The notes beneath the pieces were generated by a model, which made no database searches, had not been told where the DNA came from, and was given only the letters and a program-made list of their open reading frames with translations. Positions 34,500-47,053 of a stretch of DNA of 64,000 bases are shown piece after piece. The stretch's first letter is position 1; the number at the start of each line of letters is the position of its first letter. Origin of the DNA: Azolla caroliniana (taxonomy: Eukaryota; Plantae; Polypodiophyta); the NCBI GenBank assembly GCA_043228905.1, contig JBHGNT010000016.1, positions 1,178,001-1,242,000 on the forward strand, given 5' to 3'. The translations under genes were made by a program, and so were the position numbers.

Positions 34500-37400
34500 G
34501 AAGAAGAATGCTTATGCTCTGTTTACATTTTAGTAAAAGAAACATGAGAAGGATTATTGGTACGAAATTTTGCGTTTCTTAATTACTATGTTTACATACA
34601 AGAGGCATTGCATCACATAATGTCTTCTTTCTTTTTGGTTTTGTAGTCCATATACTCATCATTTGTGCATAGTTGCCTAAGGCCTTTTCTCACACAAACT
34701 AAAAGTATAGCGATAGGATGAATGCCATCGTGATAGACATTGTTCTTCCTTCGTAGGATGGCATCATGGTGCAGGAAATGCATCTATTTGAAGCCCAAGC
34801 TAACGAAGCTGGCAACAGAATTTAAGTCAGAGTGAGTTGTTTTTCTTTCTATTTTTTTCTTTGCATTATAGAAGGTGCTATGAAGATATTGATATTACTC
34901 TGATTTTCTTGCAGTGTAAAATTCTATTATGTGGATGTAAATACTGTACCCCAGGCATTGGTCAAACGTGCTGAAGTTACAGTAATTGAACCTAACTCAT
35001 CTTCATGCTATACATTTTGTTTTATGTATCGCTGATTGTTTTAGTAAAAGGCAAAATGGACAGTATCCATCATTCTAGAAAAAAGAGGAATGTTTGATAG
35101 GTTTTACATTATAATATTCTTTTCAATGTTGGACACACCTTAACAATGCATCTATAGTATGAGCATATGTATATGCATAATTAAGGGTTTCATAGGTTAG
35201 AGAAAGGAAGAAAGATATATTAACGTTTTCTATGACCAAATTTGGCCCATGAGACAATTGGTTATAACGAAATGGGATGTGTACCCAATCATCGAAAATA
35301 AAAAATAAAATAAACATAGATAAAATAGTTCATTGTACAAAAGGTGTTATGGTGTAACATATTCTATAAAGGAAATGGCTATGTGCTAGGCCTAGTTTCG
35401 TTTCCATCCAAGTCTCTCGAAAAGGAGCGGGAGGTCGAAGGGTTTCGATGTGGGTGTGACCCATGGTCTCAATGTAAAAGGTAGCCCAGATCATAGCTTT
35501 TAGGCGGTGTAATTCACGTTCCCTTATCTTCTTAATTGCTTCTACACAACAAGTGGCTTTGAGGCTTGGCATCCGAGGGTGTTTGGTTGTTCGTTGGTTT
35601 TCTGCTTCAGTGAGAGAGAGGCTGAGTAGTGGGTGAGTGCACACTCATTGTCCCATCTTTATATCTAGGGTATCTAATTGTTTGGAGAGGGTCCTAGTAT
35701 GTCTCGGTAGTTTGCCTTTATCTCAACATAAGCTAGACACTTGCATGTAAATTGATACTCGTCCTCTACCTCTATGTGACATAATCTACATGTTCTTTCC
35801 TCTCCAGGGACTCCATTAGCACGACCATTCTCAACCTCAAGTTGGTGAGATGATACTCTTAAGTTGTTCAAATGGCAACTCTTAAACCTAACTTAGAGAA
35901 GTGCATGAAGTGTTCCTTATATAATACAACATTTTAGATTAGAGTAAATTTGCCATATTATTTTATGGCGGTCCTCATGAAAGATTAAAGTCTTATCGGT
36001 CTCGTGGTCATACCTAAGAGGAGGTAGGTTATTAATGTTTGGGCTGTTTACAAAAGCCAACTTACCACAGTGTTATACTAAGAGCTATATCACTGGATTC
36101 ATAGAGTGATCGCGATGCCTTGAAAGCTTGTCGACATATCTTATCTTGTGATTGGCTGTCTCCACTAGGTCAAAAAGTGACTCTACTAGCATAGGGGGTA
36201 AAGTGAATTCTGTTCTAATGATGTCATGAGGCACAATTGATTTACTTTACAATTGACGTGTTACCATCGCCACCAATGGTCTCTCTAATTGTGCCCACAT
36301 AAAAGGTGGTAGCCCTGGAGCCTATACCACCGATGCATACATGAGGGTCACTAATGAGTCGAAGAGCCACCCCTTAGTTCATGGCTCTTGAAAGTATGCT
36401 TGGTGGCATTGTCTCTCTAAGAGTGAGAGGGATACGTATCCTCTTGTTAGTCTATCTTTGGCTACCCGTGTAATCGAAAATTTACCTAAGCGAGCACTGA
36501 AAGTGACTCCAAGATATACATATGATCCTAACTACCTCAAGTGGTCTATGAGAGAGTGTTAGGTGACATTTAGTCCTAACTCAAGCAGATGTGTGGAAGA
36601 TAAGGACGTTAGTTTTACTTGGATTGACTACCAATCCTCTTTGTGTGCAAAAGTCATCTAAGGCGTTAAGGTGCCTTTGTAGGTCATGTTGTCTCCATAG
36701 AGCAAGAGATTGACTTGCGTACCCCTTGGGACTACTCCATTGCCTCCCTTACGAAGAATAAAATCAGGGATCTCATCAATGTGGATCCAAAAAAGAGTTG
36801 GTGATTGGGGACAACCTTTTTTTACATGAATAGTGCTAGTGAAGTGCTTGGATAGGCTGCCCAGACATCGTATGCACCTAGAGACTTGCTCATATAAAGC
36901 ATAGATGGCCTAAACCATGTCATCCGGTTATCTCCGAGCTTTTAAGCCTATCAAACAACCGCCCTCTAAGGATTGTGTCAAAGGCTTTGTGCAAGTCTAC
37001 AAATTATCAATATAATTTCTTATTGTGAGCCTTGGTCTGGTCAATTAAGCATCTAAGTGTGAAGATATGGTCAATAATAGAGAAGTTTTGTCTAAAGCCG
37101 GCCTGTTCGGGTGCTTGAAGACCTAATGTCTCCATATTATCGCACCATATAATTTAGCGAGCATATGACCAATCATAATGGTCCTATATGTATTTGGGTC
37201 CATGGGATCCCGTCCTTTATGTATAGGGGCCATTGTGGTGGAAAACCCTCAACGAAGGCACACTCTAAGAGTAGAGTGAGAAAAGGAGCTAGGCACTCTC
37301 GAGTATATATGATGTGTTCAGCCCGCAATTGTGTGTGATCAATGAACTTTCTATGTTGTAATCTTTATGACCTTAGTGACCCTATAGGTCGTGAAAAATG

Positions 37401-38727
37401 TTCCCATGGTAGGTCGAGGTATAGAAGGCTTAGGAATGTGTGACTAGTTCAAGGCTTGGTAAAGTCTCTCTGTATATGTATGCCAATTATTAGGCAATGG
37501 GTGTTTGTGATCTTGGTTCCTGTAGTCTCTTCCATGCAATGGCACAGTCATTGCGTATGAGCATATGGTAGAGTTCCTAATACCTCCCACGCTCGTAACG
37601 ACATGTCATCTTGCGCATTTCTAAGTTGGGATCAAACCATAGACCATAAAGCTGATATGCATATGCCAATAAATATTATATGTTACTTCTTGAGATTTGT
37701 AATGCATAATTTTTTTCTCGAAACAAGATGGAAATATAGTCTCATTAAAGTTTTTCTCCATTGGAAGTTGTGAATGTAAATCTGGTTTTTGGTCTTGGGG
37801 GAGGTGTGGTAATTGTAGAGCTCAACTATAGTAAGATGATCCACATGAGAAAAGGTTTGATGATAACTGCATGTTAGTAGAAGCATTCTTTTATCTCCTA
37901 TGATTATTTTACTGTTCATGTGTTAGTGAGAGATTTTGTGGAGGTGGTCTCATGTGATAAATAGGTGGACTGGCATACATATAATACCAATCTAACACCT
38001 TCATGCTTTCAGTACCTAAATGTGCATGAAACTGGCCCTTCAAGCAAATTCCATTCACTGTGATGTTTTGAAGATGCAGTGTACCATTTTTCTAACACTC
38101 TATTGGTTGTTAAGAGCAGTACCCCATAACTAGGAATGGGATAACAATGATAAGGTGATAATATCTCTACTAGTTTGGTGATTCCTATAACCAGTCAAAG
38201 CAATGAAACTATGCATTGGAGAACATCCACCCTTAAATGTGAATATTTTTTACGGGTTGTGCTTCATATCGCCCTAGTTTTAAGAAGGATTGAAATCTAA
38301 TGGTGCATAGGTGTTGGTCTTAGAGGGCGGCCGCTTAGTCCCATCTATTCAGAGGAGGTTTGCCAACTTCAAAGGCTTGAATACTTGTAATTAATTTCAG
38401 AATTATGGTGGTTGTCTTGTTAAACCTTCATGTAGTAGGCAATTTCTTCGTTAAAAGTATACTTGATAGCATTCATTCTAACTATTTTCGATCTGAACTT
38501 TGTGGTTGTTTCAGAAAATGCCCACCATCCAGGTATGTAAAGGACCATTGTAACAAATTACAAAAGTAATGAGTAGTTCATATATATAATCCTTATGAAG
38601 TTATAATACATATCTACCTATATAGGTGTGGAAGAATGGTGAGAAATGTGGTGAAGTAATTGGAGGTCAAAAGGCTTGGTTAGTCATCGACGAGGTCAGA
38701 GACATGGTTCAGAAGCATTTGAGGTAA
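30978..38727 (+). CDS. WCRKC1: Plastid atypical thioredoxin with a WCRKC active site (Trx-like 2 / WCRKC family), about 186 aa
   Basis: Exons 30978-31276, 34757-34831, 34915-34981, 38515-38532, 38626-38727. All introns are GT-AG and phase-consistent. Ser/Arg-rich transit peptide, then [20 protein letters not shown]...[20 protein letters not shown]. Confidence 0.93.
32030..34300 (+). mobile_element. Decayed Copia relic in thioredoxin intron 1
   Basis: Putative LTR at 32030-32594 (TGTA...TACA) followed by a degenerate Met PBS TGATATCAGA. The fragment [14 protein letters not shown] resembles the Copia post-protease region. The right boundary is approximate. Confidence 0.5.
34396..34497. repeat. 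Compound (ATAC)n(AT)n microsatellite
   Basis: Read directly from the sequence. Confidence 0.95.
35400..37640 (-). mobile_element. Old, 5'-truncated LINE of a related family in thioredoxin intron 3
   Basis: Minus-strand fragments [27 protein letters not shown] (about 37150-37230) and [14 protein letters not shown]...[14 protein letters not shown] (35674-35871) parallel ORF2 of the intact LINE. Boundaries are approximate. Confidence 0.8.
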
Positions 38728-38936
38728 CCTTTCCTTTTGACTTTGCATTTATTGGGGGTGCATTAGCATCAATGTACTATAAACTCAACAATTTGTTGAT
38801 GTACATCTAAAGACTCCATCCATGTACATACTAAAATTTGAGCCCAAGCAAAGCGTGTAATGCATTATTACAATATATTTTATTCTTCACCTTTATCTTT
38901 TTTATATTGATTCTTAAATCCTTGGAGGCATAAAAA

Positions 38937-39478
38937 ACGAATCTCTTCTACCACACTAATGGAGAACTAACTATATCAAAGCTCCATGTCCATAACATTT
39001 AAGGCAACCAATACACACCAAAGATGAAATATCCAAAACTCAATCTGAATGCTACTAAACACTTGGTGCTAATAAGTTTTTCGAGTTTTGCCAACAAATC
39101 AACATTATGATGAGAAATCAACTAACGACTCTCTTCTACCACATTGATGGAGAACTAACTATATCAAAGCTCCATGTCAATAACATTTATTGTAAGCAAT
39201 ACACACCAAAGATAAATAGCCAAAACTTAATCTGAATGCTACTAAACACTTGGTGCTAGTAAGTTTTTCAAGTTTTGCCAACAAATCAACATTATGATGA
39301 GAAATCAATTGACGAATCTCTTCTAACACATTGATGGAGGACTAACTATATCAAATCTTCATGTCCATAACATTTAGGGTAAGCAATACACACCAAAGAT
39401 AAATAGCCAAAACTCAATCTGAATGCTACTAAACACTTGGTGCTAACAAGTTTTTCGAGTTTTGCCAACAAATCAACT
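38937..39478. repeat. Three tandem copies of a unit of about 187 bp
   Basis: Units start near 38937, 39125 and 39312 and share tctcttcta...ctaactatatcaaa...aatctgaatgctactaaacacttggtgcta...gttttgccaacaaatcaac. Confidence 0.92.
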
Positions 39479-41939
39479 AATAAACTAATGACTAAGACCA
39501 TCTATATAAACGTGACTATTTGCTTTATTTAATGCAACAGGAGAATTGCAACGAAGAAAAGAAATAACTTTTCAAGTGAAGTTCTATAAATCACTAGACG
39601 TCATACATTCAATCAAACCCACAATCACCGTGTTGATTGATCCCTTTTTGGTTTCTACTTCAATACGCACCAATGCGTAAAATATATGTTGTCAGTTTAT
39701 GCCAAGATACAAACGCTGATTATAGATAAAGAACAAAAAGAGAAAATTGAAATGACAAAGCTTATAAGAGTTTGTTCAATACCAATTGTTATGCTTTTAG
39801 ATTCTATAGGGAAAAATCTTCAATTGTATGCCAAATGTGTAAATATCTTTACAACCACAGACTGCTTATTTCTTCCATTACAACAAAATCTTTCTTTATG
39901 GCAAGAAGATCCCATAACTCCTTGATCAAAGACAATAGGATCCCCAATTTAACATGCATGTCACATTTGTGAGATTATGAATTCAAATGTTGCAAAAGAT
40001 TTTCTCTTAATGACTAACAGTGCATGTGATAAAAATAATGGATATCATTTAGTATTAGGATTGTTGAGGTATCTTTTGTGATGTTATGGAAGTACATTTC
40101 GCAAAAGTGATTAGTTTTCTTGCAAAATGGCCATAAAAGTTATTCATTTGCAAAGTTTTTCAAAATTTAAAAACAATTATAAGAATAATTTCATGTTGCA
40201 CTAAATGTGTAGATATTTTGTGGGATGTTGGTAGAGAAACAAAAGGAAATAAAGGACAAGAAACTCAAAGGTTGGAAAAAAGCAAAAGAAACAACACAAT
40301 CACACTATACTCAACAAACACACATCTCAAACACTTTGGAAATATCTATGATTCCTCACATCAAAACAATGTGAATATGACATAAGATTTAGAAGAATGC
40401 GCATACATGTTCACAGAAATACAATGGAAAGATGTATTAGAAAATGCCCAAAAGAAAAATGGATTAAAGTATGTTAAATGAAAAGAAAGTTAGAAATTAT
40501 GTGGGGAATTTGCCATTATTGGTTCCATTGTTGATGTTGATGATATTATGTGTATATGCCTTACTCTTGTCTCGCACCAAAACCTTCAAACGTTTAAAAT
40601 AACCCTCAATTACAAAATTCTTCCCCCTCGTCTCTTTTGAGGAGGTATGATTGGAGTGCAACATCTCCTTGTATGTGGGAAGGAATTGTTATGAAATATA
40701 TGTTCGAGAAAGATAGTCATATGGTCACATAGAAATGCAAACAAATTAGAACATTGCCAAAGCAATAGCGTGTCAATAATAAAAGTTCAAATGCTAAGAA
40801 TTTTACATATGCATCATGTTTGCGAGGTTTTTATTTCCAAACACAATTATCCGAAGGAATATGAGGCCTAATGAAGAGAACTTTTTGTGTGTTGTGATTT
40901 CCATGTTTGCCATCTCCCACACCAAATGCAATGTAAATTTGGATATCAAGTTCACCATGAGTGGAAAATGTCATGCCACACTTGTTGAATGTTAATTCAA
41001 GTTACCCAAGCAAACAATGGAGCAAAGAGGAAATAGCATAGCAAAGTATCCTAATGCCCATGGGGTCTGGACAATCTCTCCATGACTGTCGAAGGCTTTC
41101 AACCAAAAAACACTCCAATGATTGTTAATTCCTATTTAGTACTGGCTGTTGTGTTTGTGGACGACAAAGATCTTTTCAAAGTCATGAAGAAGTGCAAATT
41201 TGAGTTCGAAATAATGATTTTTCAGGAATGAAAATGCAACTCTATTTACCAAAACTCATTGCAAAATGCATGTCCATTTACCAAAATTCACCGCAACTTG
41301 CGTATGTTAAAATCTTATCATCTTTGTACCCAATTCCACTATCTCGATTTGACAGGTATAAGCATCAAGAACATACTCTTGAGGATTCTGGCAAGTACAT
41401 TTCATCTTCAGCAAAGTCAGAGGTAAGTTCATTGATTCAAGCACAAACACCACATCCTGAAGGTAAGGGTTACTGAATGATTGTAAATCCGGTCAAATCA
41501 TATATCTTCCCAGTTTATGAATGTATCTAGTTCTATGTTTGGTGCTATAGATCAACTACGATATTATCCGAATTAATTTTCCATTTTCAAGCAACATATT
41601 TGGATGTTCCACTTCTTAACTCGTCTGTCTTGATCAATTTTCTTCCCTTAAAGCTTTGTCGCTCAAATGGCATTCCAATCCTTGGTAACCTTCAACAACT
41701 GAACTATCACATCTCAAATGATTGCACTACAAATTTTCTTTCACCTGTACTACATGTGTTCAAGAAATAGAGGATGATATTATTTCTTCACCTGAGCAAC
41801 AATCAAAGCAATGTTTAATGTAACAAGAGTTATATTATATAGCTCTGCAATGGAGCTTAAGGTTTGATTTTACATTCCACCTCCACTACTTTTTGATTGT
41901 TAACCATAGAACATTCCATCACTTTCACTAGAGATCCTT

Positions 41940-44167
41940 TCAAGAGGGTGTAAATAGTTCACGGAAAGCTGTCCATATCGAGATATTCCATGTCTCTTCA
42001 TGAGATGAAATAATACCATCATTGTTCAGTCGGTACAGTGTCGTACCTGCAAAAGTGTGCCTTAGTTCACAAGATATTGTCGATTGACAGTAACCAAATA
42101 CACAAATATAATAAAGAAAATATATAAAGAAGGATCAATCAGCAAACCTTCATAGGGTAAGATGTGAGGATGCCATGGAAGCTTAAGGTACCTGAAGTTA
42201 CACAACACAATTAAAGCCAATTCCTTACTATGCAAAAGTTAACTGTAATGATTGTACTAAATCTAGTTAATACATTTGTTTCTACAAGAAAAGCAAATGT
42301 GAGCAAACTATATGAATATTGCAACTAGAAAAAATAATGCACCTCTTCGAAAAGAAACTTACCCCTCTAACTTCCATTTTGCTTCAATTGTGCCTTGATT
42401 ATTCACATCAATCGATATCAACTCATGATGCGATGAGTTTGGGTCAAACAATAGCCTTATTGCTGCTATGTAATTGTTAACACCACGCACATCTGTGGTT
42501 GGATCGACAAATCTAGCATTCAAAGAATGGTAAACAAATTAAAAACCCACTAGGATTAGATGTTTACGGTTCGAGAAAGTAGGAAACCTAGTCCTAACCT
42601 TGCCTGCAATTGTCATCATAGATCTCCTTAGTCAAATTACCCGTGACATAATATTGTCCATTCTTTATGTCATTCTCAATTATTTCCTGCATTTGAAGTG
42701 ACAAATAATGCATTATTTACAGTTATTAAAGGGTGAAATCATGTAGAATAAAAAATTTCACACACGAAAAAGATTCTCTCCAATAATGCCCCAATAACTT
42801 TGACCTCTATCAAGACTACTTGATAGACATAGAAAAATTTTCTACATGATAGACATAGAGGTCATCATTGAAATGCATTTTCTTCAAATTATCACAATGA
42901 CTTCATGCAATCATCAAAAGATAAATTGTGCAAGCACTTATTACACTCACGAAGGATGATTATAAAGGAGAATAGTTGCACATAGATAACAGACTCAGAG
43001 TTTATGCAAATGTAGATTTCTATTACGACTGACTCAATACAACCGATCCTTTTTACAAGACTGCATGCCCCTTTTTATAGGGAGCATGGACTTTTACGTC
43101 AAGAACGTAAACCGCTACTACGCTATCTAATCATTTAGATACGTTACATTCTGTTTGTTTCCTTCTCGTCCCCACTCTACTCATATTGGCTCCACTCATA
43201 TCGGCATCCTATTGTTTGTTAGATTTTGTATCTCCTTCAATGGATCATGGATAAAGAATGATAATATTTTGATCAATCCTTTGCATATAATAGCCGATTT
43301 TTTCAAATTTTCCATTTAAGAAGGGTGACAAAATCGACCTTGGAAAAATCGAGGTCCTAATTTCCCACAGGTACCGACCACTCCCATCTACATATTCTCT
43401 TCATCATTGGCAAATGCCGTATTATTTACTAGACGTTCCTCTGAGGGAACAATATGCACGTAGGAATCACTCATCAGCAGATTATATAAAATAAATAACC
43501 AATAAAATTACACACAAGTAATGGAGACCTAAAATTACATAAAATGGACCTTTGAAATGAATGTCAAACAATATGCATTCAGACAAAACTCTCATAAGGA
43601 CATGGAAAAAACATACACATCAAAAGAAGGAAGTGTTACCTTAATCTTGGTGATAGGCAAGTGAGTAGTCTTGGTTTGGGATGCCTGGACAGACCTCAAA
43701 GGAGCTAATACGAGAGATGTCAAGGAAGAAATCCATATCTCTCTTCGCTGAAGCTTCACATTAACACCTAACCCTGAAAACTACAAAATTATTATTTTTA
43801 TATAGGGAGAACAAGATAACCATATCTCTCTTCGTCGAAGCTTTCAATCAGGATCACAAACACGGAGAAGACAAGAGTTTGGACATGTGAGAATCTCCTA
43901 TCATCAGATAACGAAAGGCCGGTATCTACTTTCACGAAATTCCATCAAGTCCTAAAATAAGGATAGGGTGATCTTTTTTTATACAAAAGAAGTGCAGGAA
44001 AACCCCTAAACAATAGCCGATATAGCTCGGTTACCTTCTTGCGATGGAGAAGGGCGCTGCCGCAGGGACGATCTGTGGGTATTCTTTACTCCAGTGTCCT
44101 TGTGATGTGAAGGGGAATTAATCGAATGGACAGGGAGGTGGAGAGAGCTCTGAATGCTGAACGCCAT
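41940..44167 (-). CDS. DUF2358 (NTF2/SnoaL-like) plastid protein, about 216 aa, not visible in the ORF track
   Basis: Exons 44167-44035, 43773-43640, 42686-42604, 42512-42363, 42191-42148, 42046-41940 are phase-consistent and open. Core: YYVTGNLTKEIYDDNCRFVDPT...KWKLEGYLKLPWHP...GTTLYRLNNDGIISSHEETW. Confidence 0.85.
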
Positions 44168-47053
44168 AGCCAGAATTCCTGTTGAGTTTGTGTGGAGCAG
44201 AAAAATATCAGGAGAGGCTGAAAAGCTTTTAAAAAATGAACTATATAGAAATTTGATTTTGTTACACACTTGATTTGCTTAATTACTTTACTAGTTACCT
44301 CCTTAATTACATGGCTAACATTAATGGGCCTTCCTTGCTTCATTAATAACATGGTTTAGACTCTAATTATTGGCTAATACCTTTATTGCAGAAAAGCTAA
44401 TTAACTGCAACGTCGACCGTTAACTAACCACAATGCAAAGAAGTTAATTTGTCAAGTGACAACATAGATACCATTCTATTCGTTACATGACAAAGGAGTT
44501 TGTTCGTTCATTTATTTAAATATGTGCAATGTTAAATCTCACATTGGTTAATTACATCACTATGATGTTTATTTATTACTTGGCTAAGTAGTTAATCAGT
44601 CCATTACTTACATGGTTACCATTTAGTTACATGGCCAATAAGTCTATTACTTTATTTGTTTACATGGGCAAGAAGTAAATTAGTCCATTAACTACATGGT
44701 TATTATTTAGCTATGTATATGGCCGAGGAGTTTTGTTAGCTCATTTATTTACAAAATAACATGTGTAAGAATTGTTGACGAGTTTTACCCTAGTATTGAA
44801 CAAATTAAAGGCAAATTGGGTTTCGATTTATTCCTTGAATTGAAGAGACCAAAGTGAGTGTTCTAAATCTCATGTCAACAATTCAATTTTTGAGAGAGGA
44901 TATATTATATGTAGGCTCATGATTTTGTTGCGATTAACATCACTCATTATTGCACTTGCATTGGCAACTTATCATTATTCATCTTAAGTTCAGTAGTTTC
45001 CCATGCAAACTTAGGTGTTATCTTACTACTAAATCCTCATGTGAGGTAGGAGAATAATTGTACTTCATAGATCCTGAAGACAAACTTACAAGCATTGATA
45101 AGGACAATTTCTCTACACACAAATAATGTTGGTCATTGTAAGCCATACGTTGCAACCATTGACGTAATGCTACTGTATTAAACTTTTAATAGTTATAGTT
45201 TTAATATTAGTGGCTAGGCTAAACCCCATAATAATATTGCAAAATCTTTGTCACATGAAAAATGGCCAAAGACAAAAGATAGGGTTGTAAAGAGCATTCC
45301 CCACATTGGGTACTCATACCTCTTCATGGGAAAATCTAAACAAGGTTCTTACAAAGCTAACAAATCTTATTTTATTGAGTACAAGACCAATATTCTATGA
45401 CTTTTTAACGTTTAAAAATAAATGGGGCAATTGTCTGCTACATATAAAAATGTAAACAAATCTTAGAAAACTGTAAGCCGTTATGATGAACTATGGTTAT
45501 GAATGTTAAAATCTATAGAGCTACAAGTTGGTAATTTCAAGTGGCAACAAAGCTTTTACCTCAACAGTCGAGAAATTTCGTGTCTATTATAAACAGTGGG
45601 CAGAACACTCATTTAGAAGCCAAACAGATGGTACTGACAATTTCTTTCAATTGGATTCTAATAATTGCATGATTATCAATGGCATTTACAATAAAAGTTT
45701 GGATTGGATTACTGCACATTCCACAACATATATGCATCGGCTACGGACTGCACATTAATTTAAACAGGATACTCCAATGTGGCTTCTACTCATAGATACA
45801 CAAATGTTTCTTTCACATTCCACTATTTAATTGATTATTTTATAGCAATAGAAAAAATTGCTTATATACACATGGGCAGACATACAATTAGAAGCCACAT
45901 TGGGCTCTGAACATGGATATTATGGACATACACAGCAAGGAAAAGAAGCCAGGTATAATCTCGCAATGACAAAGAGGCTCACTGTTTACTATGAAACAAG
46001 GAAAGACATAACATACTTGTAATTGACTGCAATTTAACAATTTCAAGTGATAGAAAAATGACTCATATCATCCAGAAATCTCATTGAAAAAATTTATAAA
46101 TATCTATTTAGTGCACCATCAAATTCACCTGACATCGTTTTATGGGATATTGGATATATTCTTGATCAAGAGACAAATATAGTTCTTCTTCAAATGGAAT
46201 TGCTTAACATTCTAGTTGTAGCCTGTGTTTTGGATACAAGCATAAGAGCTTAGATTTGTCTGCTTTACACTAACTGTAGCATTACTAGCATAAAAGAGAA
46301 AGAAAAGTGGTTATCCAGGCACAAAAAAATATTGCCTGGCACATCAATGATTTCATGCTTGTCTTATGCTTAACATAAATCTCCTCTGTCATCACAACAT
46401 TTGAAAAACAAGGATATAGAACCCACAAGTTAATTTCATTCCACACATTTCTCAAATATATGAGCTTTTGATGTCATGCCCATTTGCAAGATACCTTACC
46501 ATGTTAAACTACCAAAATTTCACATTAGCATACAAAACGGAATATAATATCTTACATCTAGCATAGAACTCTTCTTGGTAGTCATCTACTATCCTTCCCA
46601 GAGTAAGTAAAGCCTCTTGAGCAAACTCAACAGCTTCCTCAAAAACTAAGTAATCGACATAAACTTTGTAAGTAGTAAGTCCTATTCTTACCATAAAAAG
46701 CAAAGAGCATTTTGCTCGATGTTATTCTGACACCATCCCATGTACTTTGTAAATTTAGAACAAATGACAACTACGGTGAAAACATAGTCTCGGGATCTCC
46801 TTTTGTATACCACTCAAAACAGATGAGCTTATTCCTTTTCTGATATATAGACTTCTGTGATCCAATGCTAAAAGCAATCAATCACTGTCAGTGCGATTTA
46901 GTAGCCCACGATGAAAACGTTATGAACACGAGGGTGAAGCTCCTGAAGAGAGACACGTCATTGGATTGGGAATATAATACAAAGCTCCCCATAGGTATGG
47001 GCTTTCTATCTTACCATATACTTTTCGATTTCATTACAGACTGCATATTCTAT

